This document shows, piece by piece, positions 51,001 through 60,358 of a stretch of 64,000 nucleotides of DNA. The notes under the pieces are model-generated. The model saw only the letters and a list, made by a program, of their open reading frames with translations, was not told where the DNA came from and did no database searches. Source of the DNA: Lytechinus pictus (Eukaryota); assembly GCF_037042905.1 (NCBI RefSeq), contig NC_087245.1, positions 37,760,001-37,824,000 on the forward strand, given 5' to 3'. Made by a program: the position numbers and the translations under genes. Each line of letters starts with the position of its first letter. Position 1 is the stretch's first letter.

Positions 51001-53429
51001 CCATCCCAGAAAATTGTTGATTTCAATCGATAGAGAAAAATCAAACAAACATAACGCTACAAATTTCATCGAAATCGGATGTAAAATAAGAAATTTATGA
51101 CATTTTAAAATTCGCTTATTCTTCACAAAACAGTTGAATGCCCAACTCAGCGATATGCAAATGAAAGAGTCGATGATGTCCCTCACTCACTATTTCTTTT
51201 GTTTTTTATTGTTTGAATTATACAATATTTCAATTTTTACAGATTTGACAATTAGGACCAACTTGACTTAACCATAAGTATTAAAATAATGGTAGTTTCA
51301 CATGTTCAGGGAGGAATAACATTTTATTTTACATGACAATGAGGAGAAAATTAGAATTTTTCATATTTCATATGATAAAATACAAAGGAAATAGTGAGTG
51401 GGTGACGTCATCAGTCTGCCAATTTGCATACCGACCAGGATGAGAATATAACTGTTTTGTGAAATTAAGCGAAACTTTAAAATGTCATAACTTTCTTATT
51501 TTACATCCGATTTTGATAACATTTTCAGTGTTTTGCTTGTTGGATTTTTCTCTTTTTATTCAAATTAACTTTTTGTTGGGGTGGACTTGTCCTTTAAGTT
51601 TCAATTATACTCACACGCAGAGTAAGAAATAATTTATATTTTTAGGGGCCATCTTTTTTTTCTACATTGGGGAAATTCCGGAATTTGGGGGCTAGTTCTT
51701 TCACTGTAATGGGTACTTTTTAGGGGTTACAAGCAATTGTCTAGTAAAAGCAAATATCATGATCCTGCCATAGTTAGAATATTGATTTTCTATAATCTTG
51801 AATATTATTTGTGACAGATCTTGGGGCGACTCTAGGAAGAATGGTCGCCCCAAAGCACGCATTTTGGGGGAATTTTAGGGGCGATTTGGGCAGTCATGAG
51901 GGTGAAATTGCCCATTGCCCTCCTGACTTTCCTACGCTGCTCACACTTATTCAGATGTGATGCAACATACCCTTTCTGATATTTTCTGGTTTTCAGATTT
52001 TAAGCGATAAATCACAATTTCCATGTTTATGAAATATGCAATACATATATATATCTTGCAAAATTGGAGTTTCTCATGATAATTATAATAATAGTATAGA
52101 ACTTAATAGATGCATAACACCTACAGGTCTCTATGTGTGAGGAAAGCTGGAAATGTGGTTAGAATTGTAGATTCAAAAATTAAACATTGAATATACATTA
52201 TGAACATCAAAGAATATTAAAATGTAGATTGAACCTAACTTAGTTAAACATTCTGTAAGAGGTGGGCTTTTAATTGTACTTTGAATTGCTCAAGCTGGAA
52301 AATATTTTGTAAAGTCGATGGGAGAGAATTCCATTGTGCGGGTGCAGCTTTCTGGAAAGCCTGATCCCTGTATGAATTGGTCTTGACAGTTATTTCAGAG
52401 AGAAGATTTTGTGAACCAGAACGGAGATTACTACAGTAACTTGATAAGAATCTGGTTGAATGACCAATTTTTTTTTTACTCCCTGCCTTCGGATATATTT
52501 TATTTAATTTTTTTGCTGCCGGTCAATTCCATAAAATAATCAATCATTTTATATGTCCAACCCCTATCCTTTCTTCTAATTTCACTAATTGCATCAGCCA
52601 TAATACTGTGAGAGATTTACAACTCTTCTTTGTTGTATGTTATGAAGGTTACAGTGAATTTTGCTTTAATTTAGGCTCAGAACCATTAAATTAGAATTTC
52701 ATCAGAAATATATAGAAGAAAGGAAGTGGATTTATGGCAGAGGAAAACAGGATCAGAAAATATAGTTGTATATTAACAAATTAAGATATGCTGATGTTAT
52801 AATAAATCTGATTATGTTGTGTTTTACTTTAATACAGACTTAGAACCATTGAATAATAATTTCATCAGAAATAGAAGAAAGAAAATGGAATTATGCAAGA
52901 GTAAAACAGGATCATAAAATGAATTTATTGATTAACAAATTATGATATGCTGATATATTATTTCAAATCTGATTATGATGTGTTTTACTTACTCTTATAC
53001 AGACTTAAAACAATTAAATAATTTCATCAGAAATAGAAGAAAGAAAATGGAATTATGCAAGAGAAAACAGGATCAGAAAACAGTTAGTTATGAACAAATT
53101 AAGATATGCTGATGTTATAATAAATCTGATTATGTTGTGTTTTACTTTAATACAGACTTAGAACCATTGAATAATAATTTCATCAGAAATAGAAGAAAGA
53201 AAATGGAATTATGCAAGAGTAAAACAGGATCATAAAATGAATTTATTGATTAACAAATTATGATATGCTGATATATTATTTCAAATCTGATTATGTTGTG
53301 TTTTACAGGTGGCAGATGGTCTACAACGAACCCACTCCACCGGCGAGTTCCTACGGAGGACCACCATCGGTAGACTTTGATAAGCTTCAGGAAAGATTTG
53401 ATCAAATGAAGGAAAGAGATCTACATTGA
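20706..53429 (+). CDS. Multi-exon ankyrin-repeat protein gene: 21 coding exons, 3306 nt, 1101 aa (span includes introns)
   Basis: All 20 introns are GT..AG and the phases chain without a break from ATG 20706 to TGA 53427-53429. Ankyrin consensus motifs recur (GMNLLHYAV, GNLLLHAAV, GMTPLCLAA, GWTALHYAA, GRTALTMAA, GRLALHYAS, GDTPLMAAC, GCTSLHRAV, GLTALHLAC). Ortholog not recognised. Confidence 0.88.
21128..21523. mobile_element. Palindromic MITE (Harbinger-like GGCC ends)
   Basis: Near full-length inverted repeat: ATTCACAAAGGTGG...ATGCAGATTTCCTGTATA pairs with TATACAGGAAATCTGCAT...CCTTTGTGAAT. Confidence 0.8.
22215..25707. mobile_element. Academ-type foldback element, non-autonomous
   Basis: TAGTAGAGCGGATTAGC / GCTAATCCGCTCTACTA termini; 3-bp TSD TAT; inverted arms of about 1 kb (22215-23258 vs 24668-25707); internal repeat units of about 390 bp. 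Confidence 0.85.
25931..26053 (+). CDS. Exon 2 (IDQRLEGGMNLLHYAV...QQDKLG)
   Basis: Acceptor TTACCAG|, donor G|GTAAGT; ankyrin motif; phase 1/1. Confidence 0.9.
27083..27253. mobile_element. Harbinger-like MITE family A (other copies near 107-270, 33194-33345, 34736-34909, 38460-38620, 53945-54143)
   Basis: About 60-bp TIR GTTTCATAAAGCTGTTCGTAAGTTAAGAGCGACTTTAAGAACGACTGGTGATC; CAG TSD. Confidence 0.85.
29321..29563 (+). CDS. Exon 3 (RTADQVC...GNLLLHAAVKG)
   Basis: Acceptor CTCAAG|, donor G|GTAAAG; joins DKLG-RTA to complete an ankyrin turn. Confidence 0.85.
30029..30369. mobile_element. MITE-like element
   Basis: GGGGCTGCAA / TTGCAGCCCC inverted ends. Confidence 0.5.
31470..31597 (+). CDS. 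Exon 4 (LPQLSL...GMTPLCLAAQIGLEVIVE)
   Basis: Acceptor TTTTCCCAG|, donor GAG|GTGAAG; phase 1/0. Confidence 0.9.
32107..32210 (+). CDS. Exon 5 (ILICVIGANPD...GWTALHYAAQKNHVNVI)
   Basis: Acceptor AACAG|, donor GA|GTAAGT; phase 0/2; absent from the ORF track. Confidence 0.9.
32710..32866 (+). CDS. Exon 6 (CLVKRGADINIEDK...SQYVRK)
   Basis: Acceptor TTCCAG|, donor AAG|GTGAGT; phase 2/0. Confidence 0.9.
33061..33190. mobile_element. Harbinger-like MITE family D (another copy about 53639-53794; end fragment near 14650-14675)
   Basis: CCCGTAACACAAAG / CTTTGTGTTACGGG inverted ends; CTG on both flanks. Confidence 0.8.
34012..34112 (+). CDS. Exon 7 (GNLSPND...GLTLIMAAAKAN)
   Basis: Acceptor TTTAAAG|, donor AG|GTAATC; phase 0/2. 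Confidence 0.82.
34650..34713 (+). CDS. Exon 8 (CDNLSILLKEKNCPVDAQHHL)
   Basis: Acceptor GTACAG|, donor TTG|GTAAGT; phase 2/0. Confidence 0.85.
37109..37294 (+). CDS. Exon 9 (NGRTALTMAA...GRLALHYAS...QGLH)
   Basis: Acceptor TTTTGTAG|, donor CAT|GTAAGT; 62 codons; two ankyrin repeats. Confidence 0.92.
37445..37708 (-). mobile_element. tRNA-derived SINE
   Basis: Reverse complement of the 48855 element (CACCTCACCTGGGT...GCACAATGTGG...GGGAATCAAAC); (AAT)n tail at the left end. Confidence 0.75.
38091..38342 (+). CDS. Exon 10 (GLYKAFHLA...GNGHFEVVKLLQQ)
   Basis: Acceptor TTCTATAG|, donor CAG|GTACTT; 84 open codons. Confidence 0.92.
39050..39242 (+). CDS. Exon 11 (FGGDIW...GVSALQLAASK)
   Basis: Long polypyrimidine tract then CAG|, donor G|GTATGC; phase 0/1. 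Confidence 0.92.
39497..40535. repeat. 69-bp minisatellite, about 15 copies
   Basis: Unit AAAGGCAATATAAATTGTTCTTCCAACACCAACACCACCACCAAACCAAGATTAGGTGTTAGAGTGATA; period measured 39604 to 39673. Confidence 0.97.
40578..40777 (+). CDS. Exon 12 (HSVIVKMLLEHGAS...HLKKMWQ)
   Basis: Acceptor TTTTCAG|, donor CAG|GTATGT; phase 1/0. Confidence 0.92.
40745..41525 (+). repeat. Degenerate minisatellite derived from the exon 12 donor junction
   Basis: Recurring ATTTAAACAACTCAAGAAGATGTGGCAGGTATGTAGATCTTGATG variants. Confidence 0.9.
41678..41820 (+). CDS. Exon 13 (PKFDHNLRNKAGDTPLMAAC...EGDFE)
   Basis: Acceptor CCACAG|, donor AG|GTAGAG; phase 0/2. Confidence 0.9.
42311..42396 (+). CDS. Exon 14 (SMRWRRESDNDSG...RKNR)
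   Basis: Acceptor TTTTATTCAG|, donor G|GTTTGA; phase 2/1 bridges exons 13 and 15. Confidence 0.75.
42511..42726. mobile_element. hAT-like MITE
   Basis: Perfect 8-bp TSD CTTTGAAT; ends CATTGGCGGCGGAA / TTCCGCCACCTCTG. Confidence 0.85.
43316..43419 (+). CDS. Exon 15 (SLDYMECSTDFSDYED...PSQ)
   Basis: Acceptor TTCACAG|, donor CAG|GTAAAT; phase 1/0. Confidence 0.8.
43482..44076. mobile_element. Kolobok-type MITE (595 bp)
   Basis: GTAA|AGGGGAATCCAGCC ... GGTTGGATTCCCCT|TTAA. Confidence 0.82.
44361..44502 (+). CDS. Exon 16 (DMSSDSDSNV...RLPVGL)
   Basis: Acceptor CCCTCAG|, donor G|GTAAGC; phase 0/1. Confidence 0.82.
44532..45117. mobile_element. MITE family C carrying a nested family B MITE (about 44812-45088)
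   Basis: C ends GGCCCGTATTCTGAACTCGGGT / ACCCGAGTTCAGAACATGGGC; B ends GGCCCCGTCTTACAAAGAGTT / AACTCTTTGTAAGATGGGCC. Confidence 0.85.
46627..46903. mobile_element. MITE family B, diverged copy
   Basis: GGGCCCAGTCTTACAAAGA ... GAAGACAGGGCCC. Confidence 0.75.
46935..47000 (+). CDS. Exon 17 (SRYAPSLASIRSTSMASLTDT)
   Basis: Acceptor GTCTAG|, donor G|GTTAGT; 66-nt symmetric phase 1/1 exon that could be skipped. Confidence 0.7.
47039..47242. repeat. About 47-bp minisatellite, about 4.5 copies
   Basis: Unit AATGCTGGTCAGTCCCATAAAGTCATATTCATGTCTTTAGCTTACA near 47041, 47088, 47135, 47181 and 47228. Confidence 0.92.
47464..47882. mobile_element. MITE-like element
   Basis: TTACACGCTGCATCGGCTTGC / GCGAGCCGATGCTGCGTGTAA inverted ends; internal CAGAATCGGC repeats. 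Confidence 0.7.
48622..48777 (+). CDS. Exon 18 (CLSRPPDMVSIRS...PNIYQ)
   Basis: Acceptor ATACAG|, donor G|GTAATA; 156-nt symmetric phase 1/1. Confidence 0.78.
48854..49090 (+). mobile_element. tRNA-derived SINE
   Basis: Pol III A-box-like TGGCCTTGTGG and B-box GGTTCAATTCC, followed by a body shared with the 37445 and 63570 copies. Confidence 0.8.
49690..49910 (-). mobile_element. Second tRNA-derived SINE family, diverged
   Basis: Minus-strand head TGGCTCAGATGG...GGTTCGAC; body similar to 63700-64000 (TCCGA.GGA..GAGTGTTTTCCA). Confidence 0.6.
49956..50173 (+). CDS. Exon 19 (SSINHLC...GLTALHLACKLDRRQMVKKLL)
   Basis: Acceptor CCCTCAG|, donor TTG|GTAAGA; two ankyrin repeats. Confidence 0.92.
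50846..50973 (+). CDS. Exon 20 (SVDYIDLNIRTLDGKLPEEM...IEEN)
   Basis: Acceptor GACAG|, donor AA|GTAAGA; phase 0/2. Confidence 0.88.
50992..51593. mobile_element. Kolobok-type MITE (602 bp)
   Basis: TTAA on both sides; AGGTGAAGTCCA / TGGACTTGTCCT ends; inverted arms about 190 bp; same family as 61758. Confidence 0.88.
52255..52370 (-). mobile_element. Old L2-type LINE C-terminal fragment
   Basis: Minus strand reads DQAFQKAAPAQWNSLPSTLQN, then after a frameshift FKVQLKAHL. Confidence 0.65.
52675..53308. repeat. About 160-bp tandem repeat (318-bp dimer) ending at the last acceptor
   Basis: TTAAGATATGCTGATGTTATAATAAATC at 52781 and 53099; four AAATCTGATTATG(T/A)TGTGTTTTAC copies. Confidence 0.92.
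53309..53429 (+). CDS. Terminal exon 21 (WQMVYNEPTPP...ERDLH*)
   Basis: Acceptor TTTTACAG|; phase 2 gives 40 codons ending in TGA. Confidence 0.8.
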
Positions 53430-55565
53430 ATAGACTTTGGATGGATTATCAAAGAAGGATATGGAACAGACAATGCCGTCCATACAGAGTGCAAAACTTC
53501 AAGAATTGAAGAAAGATGTGGTAAAATGAGAGGTAGATATTGTCATTAGTCGACTAATGGAGCGTTGCAAGAAACTTTTGGGTCCCTGAATCAATCACAA
53601 GTCTGGCAATTAATTGCAAATTTGCAATTGATTTGCTGGGCCCCGTAACACAAAGGTTAGTGATTAGTTCCTAAATGAAATGGCCTATCAAGATCATCGT
53701 TTCATGCGCACTTTGTTCAGTAGAGTGACAAGGAACCAATCAGATTTGTTCTTTCAAATTAGCGATTAAGCGCTAACCTTTGTGTTACGGGGCTCCCGTC
53801 TACTTTTAGTCACAAGAAAAACAAATCAATTTGTTATAGTTACAATCGATGTGTCATTTGTAAGTTAGCATCATAAATTTGCAATTGATTGCAAATATTC
53901 TTGTGAAACACCCCCTAAGTTGTAAGAGATATGTCGTCATCGGGGTGGGGTTTCATGAAGCTGTTCATAATATACGAACGATGACTCTACGAATGAATGA
54001 ATGACTTTACGAACGACTGGTGATGCTTTCTTGTGCTGTTATATGCCATTATATGCCATTGTAGCTACCTTAGCACCTATGAACATTTTCCAGTTGGGCG
54101 TAAAGTCTTTCGTAACTATACGACGACTTTGTGAAACACCCACCTGGTTCTGGTAGAATGAGAGTGATATAAACAAGACGAAATGAACTACTGTGAGATA
54201 TACACAAGTATGGCACTGCAAACTTCTAATCCATTCCATTTTAATCAATTTATTTATGATACATTTGTCTCTGCTGTTTATACCTTATTTGCACCATTGG
54301 GAGAAAATAATCCGAGTCTATGAATCTCAGGACCCTTCCAAAGAATGGAAGAAGAAACTCTGCTATGTAACGTAGTTTAAACCTTTATTACTATTAACCT
54401 AAGTCTCACTACTCAATAGAGAATATTGTGTATAGGGATTTTCATTTTCACTTGTATAATAATAGATAATATACATGTATGTTTTTCTCATGACAACATT
54501 TGCCATTTCATGTATTTTTGAGAGGCTTAAATGAATATTCAAGTGCAATAATCTGTTACTCTCATGTGATTCAGATAAATATAACTGTTCTGAACAGTCT
54601 GTTCATTTTTATTTTTGAAAAAAAATGTAGAAATTTCTTTAGGTTACAAGTTTAGATTTCTATTTTATTTGAGCTGCAATCAATGTTGAATTAAGGACTT
54701 GAATAGCAGTTTCAGAAACTCATGCTTGTAGTTGTAATGGTTTTAATTTTAGTGTTCAGTTATTTTATATTAATCTTGTTCATCTATGGGCATATTTGAT
54801 GTCATCAGATTTAATGGTGATTTGGTTATAATTTACATTTTCCCCTCCCTCCTTTTAAACTATATTACAAATAGAACCAGCAAAATGTTTGAAGGGCAGA
54901 AACAAACACAAAGTTGTGATTTTTCTTTCCATGAAAAGGGAATAAAGATATTCCTGTGTTTTTTATTCAAGTTTTAAATTTTGCATTCTTGCTATTTTAG
55001 TCCGTCTTCATATATTCAGCCTCCTAAGAACCGGTGCCCATCTATGTAAGTCATATCAAATGGTCAGATATGAGAGTAATGTCATTAGACACCATTTAAA
55101 TGGAAATCTGTATTAGAGGGGGGGGGGGGGGGTCCCTTGTTTTGGGAATATTAATTTTTGGGGAGATTATGGATGATAATGTCATTTTACCTGTATGAGA
55201 AATTGAATGAAATACCTTTTTTCTAGCATAAGTTAAGCCTTTGCTGCATCATTGATAAACTATCTTTTGGAAAATATGTCTTTTCAATGTACATGTAATT
55301 GTCACACACTGTTTAATACCTTATTCAAGGACATTTTTTAGAAAGTATTTTTAGAGAGAGAAAGATTTCTTTTATTATTATTCACATGTAGCAGGCATAC
55401 ATCCGTAAAGCCCATGCAAAGAAAGTATTAGCTAATCATATAAATGCACCTAGCACATTGAAATTATTGCAATATTAACTTTTCTTTTGTTTAGAGGAGC
55501 CAAACTTCAGTATTATTATTTTGATGCACATGTAAATAATGCAAGTAATCCCAATAGTGTACTGG

Positions 55566-56540
55566 TTTTTGTCTCACCTGCATAGCAGAGTGAGACTATA
55601 GGCGCCGCTTTTCCGACGGCGACGGCGGCGGCGGCGGCGGCGACGGCGGCGTCAACACCAAATCTTAACCTGAGGTTAAGTTTTTGAAATGACAGCATAA
55701 CTTAGAAAGTATATGGACCTAGTTCATGAAACTTGGCCATAAGGTTAATCAAGTATTACTGAACATCCTGCCTGAGTTTCATGTCACATGACCAAGGTCA
55801 AAGGTCATTTAGGGTCAATGAACTTAGACCATGTTGGGGGAATCAACATCAAAATCTTAACCTAAGGTTAAGTTTTTGAAATGTCATCATAACTTAAAAA
55901 ATATATGGACCTAGTTCATGAAACTTATACATAAGGTTAATCAAGTATCACTGAACATCCTGCATGAGTTTCACGTCACATGACCAAGGTCAAAGGTCAT
56001 TTAGGGTCAATGAACTTTGGCCGAATTGGGGGTATCTGTTGAATTACCATCATAACTTTGAAAGTTTATGGATCTGATTCATGAAACTTGGACATAATAG
56101 TAATCAAGTATTACTGAACATCCTGTGCAAGTTTCAGGTCACATGATCAAGGTCAAAGGTCATTTAGGCTCAATGAACTTTGGCCAATTTGGGGTATTTG
56201 TTGAATTACAGCCATAAATTTGAAAGTGTGTTGGTCTAGTTCATAAAACTTAAACATAATAGTAATCAAGTATCACTGAACATCCTGTGCGAGTTTCAGG
56301 TCACATGATCAAGGTCAAAGGTCATGTAAGGTCAAAGAACTTTGGCCACGTTGGGGGTATTTGTTGAATTGCCATCATATCTCTATAAGTGTATTGGTCT
56401 AGTTCATAAAACGTGGAAATAAGAGTAACCAAGTATCACTGAACATCTTGTGCGAGTTATAGTAGTTTTCAAAATCAGCACTGCTGCTATATTGAATCGC
56501 GTGATGCAGGTGAGACGGCCAGAGGCATTCCACTTGTTTT
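55566..56540 (+). mobile_element. Helentron-associated (HINE/DINE-1-like) element with internal tandem repeats
   Basis: T-run flanks; subTIRs GTCTCACCTGCA (55571) / TGCAGGTGAGAC (56505); 5' hairpin partner GTGAGAC (55590); (GGC)n microsatellite; about 5 central repeats of 162-192 bp; 3' end CTTGTT. Confidence 0.8.
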
Positions 56541-56594
56541 TTTTATCCCTAGATAATTTTAATTTTTAATATTTTTTTTGAGAAATGGTATTAA

Positions 56595-57144
56595 CCCTCA
56601 AAAGATTGGGCTACTTTGACGCCTAAATAATTAAAACATTTCTCTGATCTGAAGAGAAATATGAAAAAAATGGAAAAGAAATAATTATCCCTTTACAAAA
56701 CAACATGTTGTATACACAAGGCAATGCCCAAACAAAGGCTTATTTTGGTGACGAGTGTGTCACCAAAATATGCTATAGATAAATACATAATCAGATACCC
56801 AATCATTAGAGATAAGGGTCTAAAAATATGCATTGAATATAGAATAAAAAGTCCTGAAGTCCCAGTGGTAAAAAAACAAATAGATGGGTTATGAAAAATG
56901 TTGTGAGGCTGAATATTAGCCACCCCCCTCCCCTGGAGAATTAATATTTCACAAAAATCTGGGGCTACTTTTTTAGCTCACCTACCAACATTTGCTACAT
57001 TTGATTTAAATTTACTTTGGACCTTATGGAAATGGATTGGGTTTTTTTTGTCAGGGCTCTTTTGGTCTTTTTTTTTTTGGGGGGGGTCACCTTGCCCCCC
57101 CCCCCATGTAATTTCCTAGCCCACACCTTCCTGTCTTTTAAGGG
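56595..57144. mobile_element. piggyBac-like MITE
   Basis: TTAA|CCCTCAAAAGA ... TCTTTTAAGGG|TTAA. Confidence 0.7.
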
Positions 57145-57977
57145 TTAATCAACATTATTATTTATAGTATAATAATAACTGGATTTATGTAATGCATTTT
57201 CCAGAGGATACAAAGTGCTGTTTAAGGGTTAATTAAATGTTGTATAAATAGACAGATTAACATAGTCAACTGTTTAATGTTTGGAAGTAAAGTTTTTTGG
57301 GGGTGACTTTGATCTTTGAGTTGTTGTAAAGTAATTGAAAATAATAGTTTGATAATCTTCCAATGTTACACTACCACCCATAATATATTCTACATGTAAA
57401 TTTATTAACCATACCCTCTTAAAGGAATGACCATCGATAGGATCAGGACCTGTTTCATCAATTTTTTTTTAATCATAACAAATTTGCAATAACAGTTAAA
57501 AGCTACTTAAATAGTTCAATCTGATTGGCTGATTGTAAATATAGCATTGTGCTTGAAATGGGACCCAGACCTTGCTTGTAGATTTTTTTTTGTTAGTACA
57601 TGTGTAGAAAAAAAAGCTTTAAAAATTTGTAAATTTAAGTAAAATCACCTTATAGCTCTACAAATAATGATTTAAAAGTACTTACTTGACGAAAAACTAA
57701 TTTACTGCACCCAAAAACATATGACTCGACACCGAAACCAGAGAAAAAGACCACCAAATAAAAAAGTTTTGGCCAAAAATGTGATTTTGGGGGGATTTGG
57801 CGGCCCTTTTGGATTTTGGGCCGGCACACTTTTTTCTTGGATCCGAGACAAAAAATATTGTTATTTCATGTTGAGATAAGGTGAAAGGAACACAAAAAAA
57901 CTGTTGCCACAGTAAAACCAAAAATCATCCATTTATAGCCCACTCCTAATTGAACATACATATTCCAGTTCATTCCA

Positions 57978-58550
57978 GGACCCCGTCTTACAAAGAGTTA
58001 CAATTGATTTTATCAACCTAAACTCTATGGCCCGTATTCTGAAGTCGGGTTTAAGTTAAACTTAGGTTTAAAGTTGTGGTTTAAGTATGGGAAGCCAAAA
58101 GTATCAAATTTGTTATTAAGTTGTACGTTTCTTATGTTTACTGTGCTCTTTCCTGATTCATCGATGGTGAAGCCAATATTTTTTTATACTTCCTAGACAA
58201 TTATGAATGATTTGAGAGCCAAATGAGCTGAAATATATGATATCTCTACTGTTAGTGATTTATGTAACAATTGGCTCGCCATACTTAAACCACAACTTTA
58301 AACCTGAGTTAAACCCGACTTCAGAATACGGGCCTATGGAAATCCAACAATGTCATTTTTTTCTCCAGGAAATTCGCACAATGTCCTATTTAAGCAAAGA
58401 GAAGCACATTGAATTCTTAAGACTGAACGATAAATGAATGATTGTACAGCATATCTAGAAAACCTATTGAACAAACATGCATTTGGGATGTTGACGTTGC
58501 TGGCTTTCCATAGTTGTGGTCTATCGGATCAATCGTAACTCTTTGTTACG
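57978..58550. mobile_element. MITE family B carrying a nested family C MITE (58029-58334)
   Basis: C has TIR GGCCCGTATTCTGAAGTCGGGTTTAA and TSD TAT; removing it restores ACTCTATGGAAATCC as in intact B. Confidence 0.88.
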
Positions 58551-59949
58551 AATATATGAATGTGCGTGCTCTGAAACGGTTATGATGTGAAGGACATAAA
58601 AAATGAAAATGTGTTTCATTGGATACATTTACAGACTTACATCTTATTGTATTCTGATCTGGTGCCTTGTCAAAATAGAATATCTGTTGTGTTTTTGTTT
58701 TATTTACACAAACCCCTTCTCAAGCATGAAATGGGCTAGAAAATTCAGGATATCTTTGTCTTTAGAGGTCTAATATCTATTCTGTAAAGAAAGTGCTTCT
58801 AGAGCTATTTCTAATAAGAGAGAGGGGTAGTGAATGCCAAATTAGAATTTTAACGGCTGAAAGAATTCCAGTTTTTAATATTAACAGCTGAAAAAAACAT
58901 TGAATGACCGCTACTCTCTTGTTGAATTAGAATGTATATGACACTTGAGTACAATTCACATTACTGACCTTTTATTAAAGCTTTCGATAGGTTTAGATAT
59001 AAGAAATAGAAAATCTTGCCATTAATACTGTTACTAATGCTGCAGAAAAAAATGTATACTGAATTAAAGGTAAAAGAAAGTAGTAGCAGAATACAATAAT
59101 TTCATGAGAAAGTCTTTAAAGTCAGGTTTGTCAACTAATCATTGATCTGGTACATTAATGTAAACTTATCTTTGTGAAATCATGATATCTTTGCCGAAAA
59201 CGGGTAATTCTCGATAATCAAGAACACAGAAAAACATATGTGGGACAGTGTGTTAATATTGCTTGGAAAAATACCAGACATTTCATTTGGTGGAATTCCA
59301 TGCATATTTTTGCTCATTTCTCAGCAATTTCACATTTTCCTCCAGAGCCATTTGGCACATATTTTGTGTATTTATTTATACATACAAACACTTGGGTGGT
59401 TATCATTGGATTCTATTCCAACTCATTTTGAGATCGTTGATACCACAACTGGCATTTATCTTTATAAGTTAATTTTTATGTTTCATGGTATATCAATTTT
59501 TGATTTATTTCCCAAAATTCTTTGGGGAACCCCAGAATAATTGCACCGAAAAAAAACAACAAATCTTTGCTATTATGATGCAGATGAATTGTATGATGTT
59601 TGATCAATTTCATTAACATGGTATATTAATTTTTAACGCAGTAGATCATACGATACTTGAATTCACTGTTGGGAAATATCGGGAATAAATTTTTTTGTAT
59701 TTCAAAGCAAAGACATCTAGTGACTGTTTCATTCTGTATTGCCATCAGAGGTTCTGCAAAATTCTAGTTTTCATAATTAATATTTTATGCCTATAGCTAT
59801 GTTTGAAAGTTTTGCATATTTTCACTTTGCAGCTAACTTCGTATTTGTAACTATGAGTCCACATTCATTCAATATTATTTTGTCCATTGTGTTTTTTTGA
59901 GCAATGGCTGTCCAATACAAGATGTGCCGCAATATTAACCATACAAAAG

Positions 59950-60358
59950 GGTTTAATTCCAATTCATCTAATGCCAATTCATCCAATTGCCAACTCGTCT
60001 ACTATCATTTGGTCTACCATCAGTTTGTCCACTCACCACATGGTCTACTTTCATTTGGTCTAATGCCATTCTGTCTAATGACCAGTTGGTCCAATAGCCA
60101 TTTAGTCCATATACCATTTGGTCTAAAGTGTTTATTGTGCAAAATGAATGAAAATGAAGTGGATATTGGATCAACTGGTTATGAGACAAAATGGTCGTGG
60201 ACGAAATGGTGATTAGACGAAGTGACGATTGGACTAAATGGTTAATGGACCAAATGGTTGTTCGACAAAATGTTGATGGACGGAATGGCATTAGACCAAA
60301 TGAAAGTAGACCATGTGGTGAGTAGACGAGTTGGCAGTAGACGAATGAGCAATTTACC
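59950..60358. mobile_element. Palindromic MITE built of short internal repeats
   Basis: Left (T/A)TTGGTCTA-type repeats mirror right TAGACCAAA-type repeats; flanks TACAAAAG / TACAAAG resemble a TSD. Confidence 0.75.
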
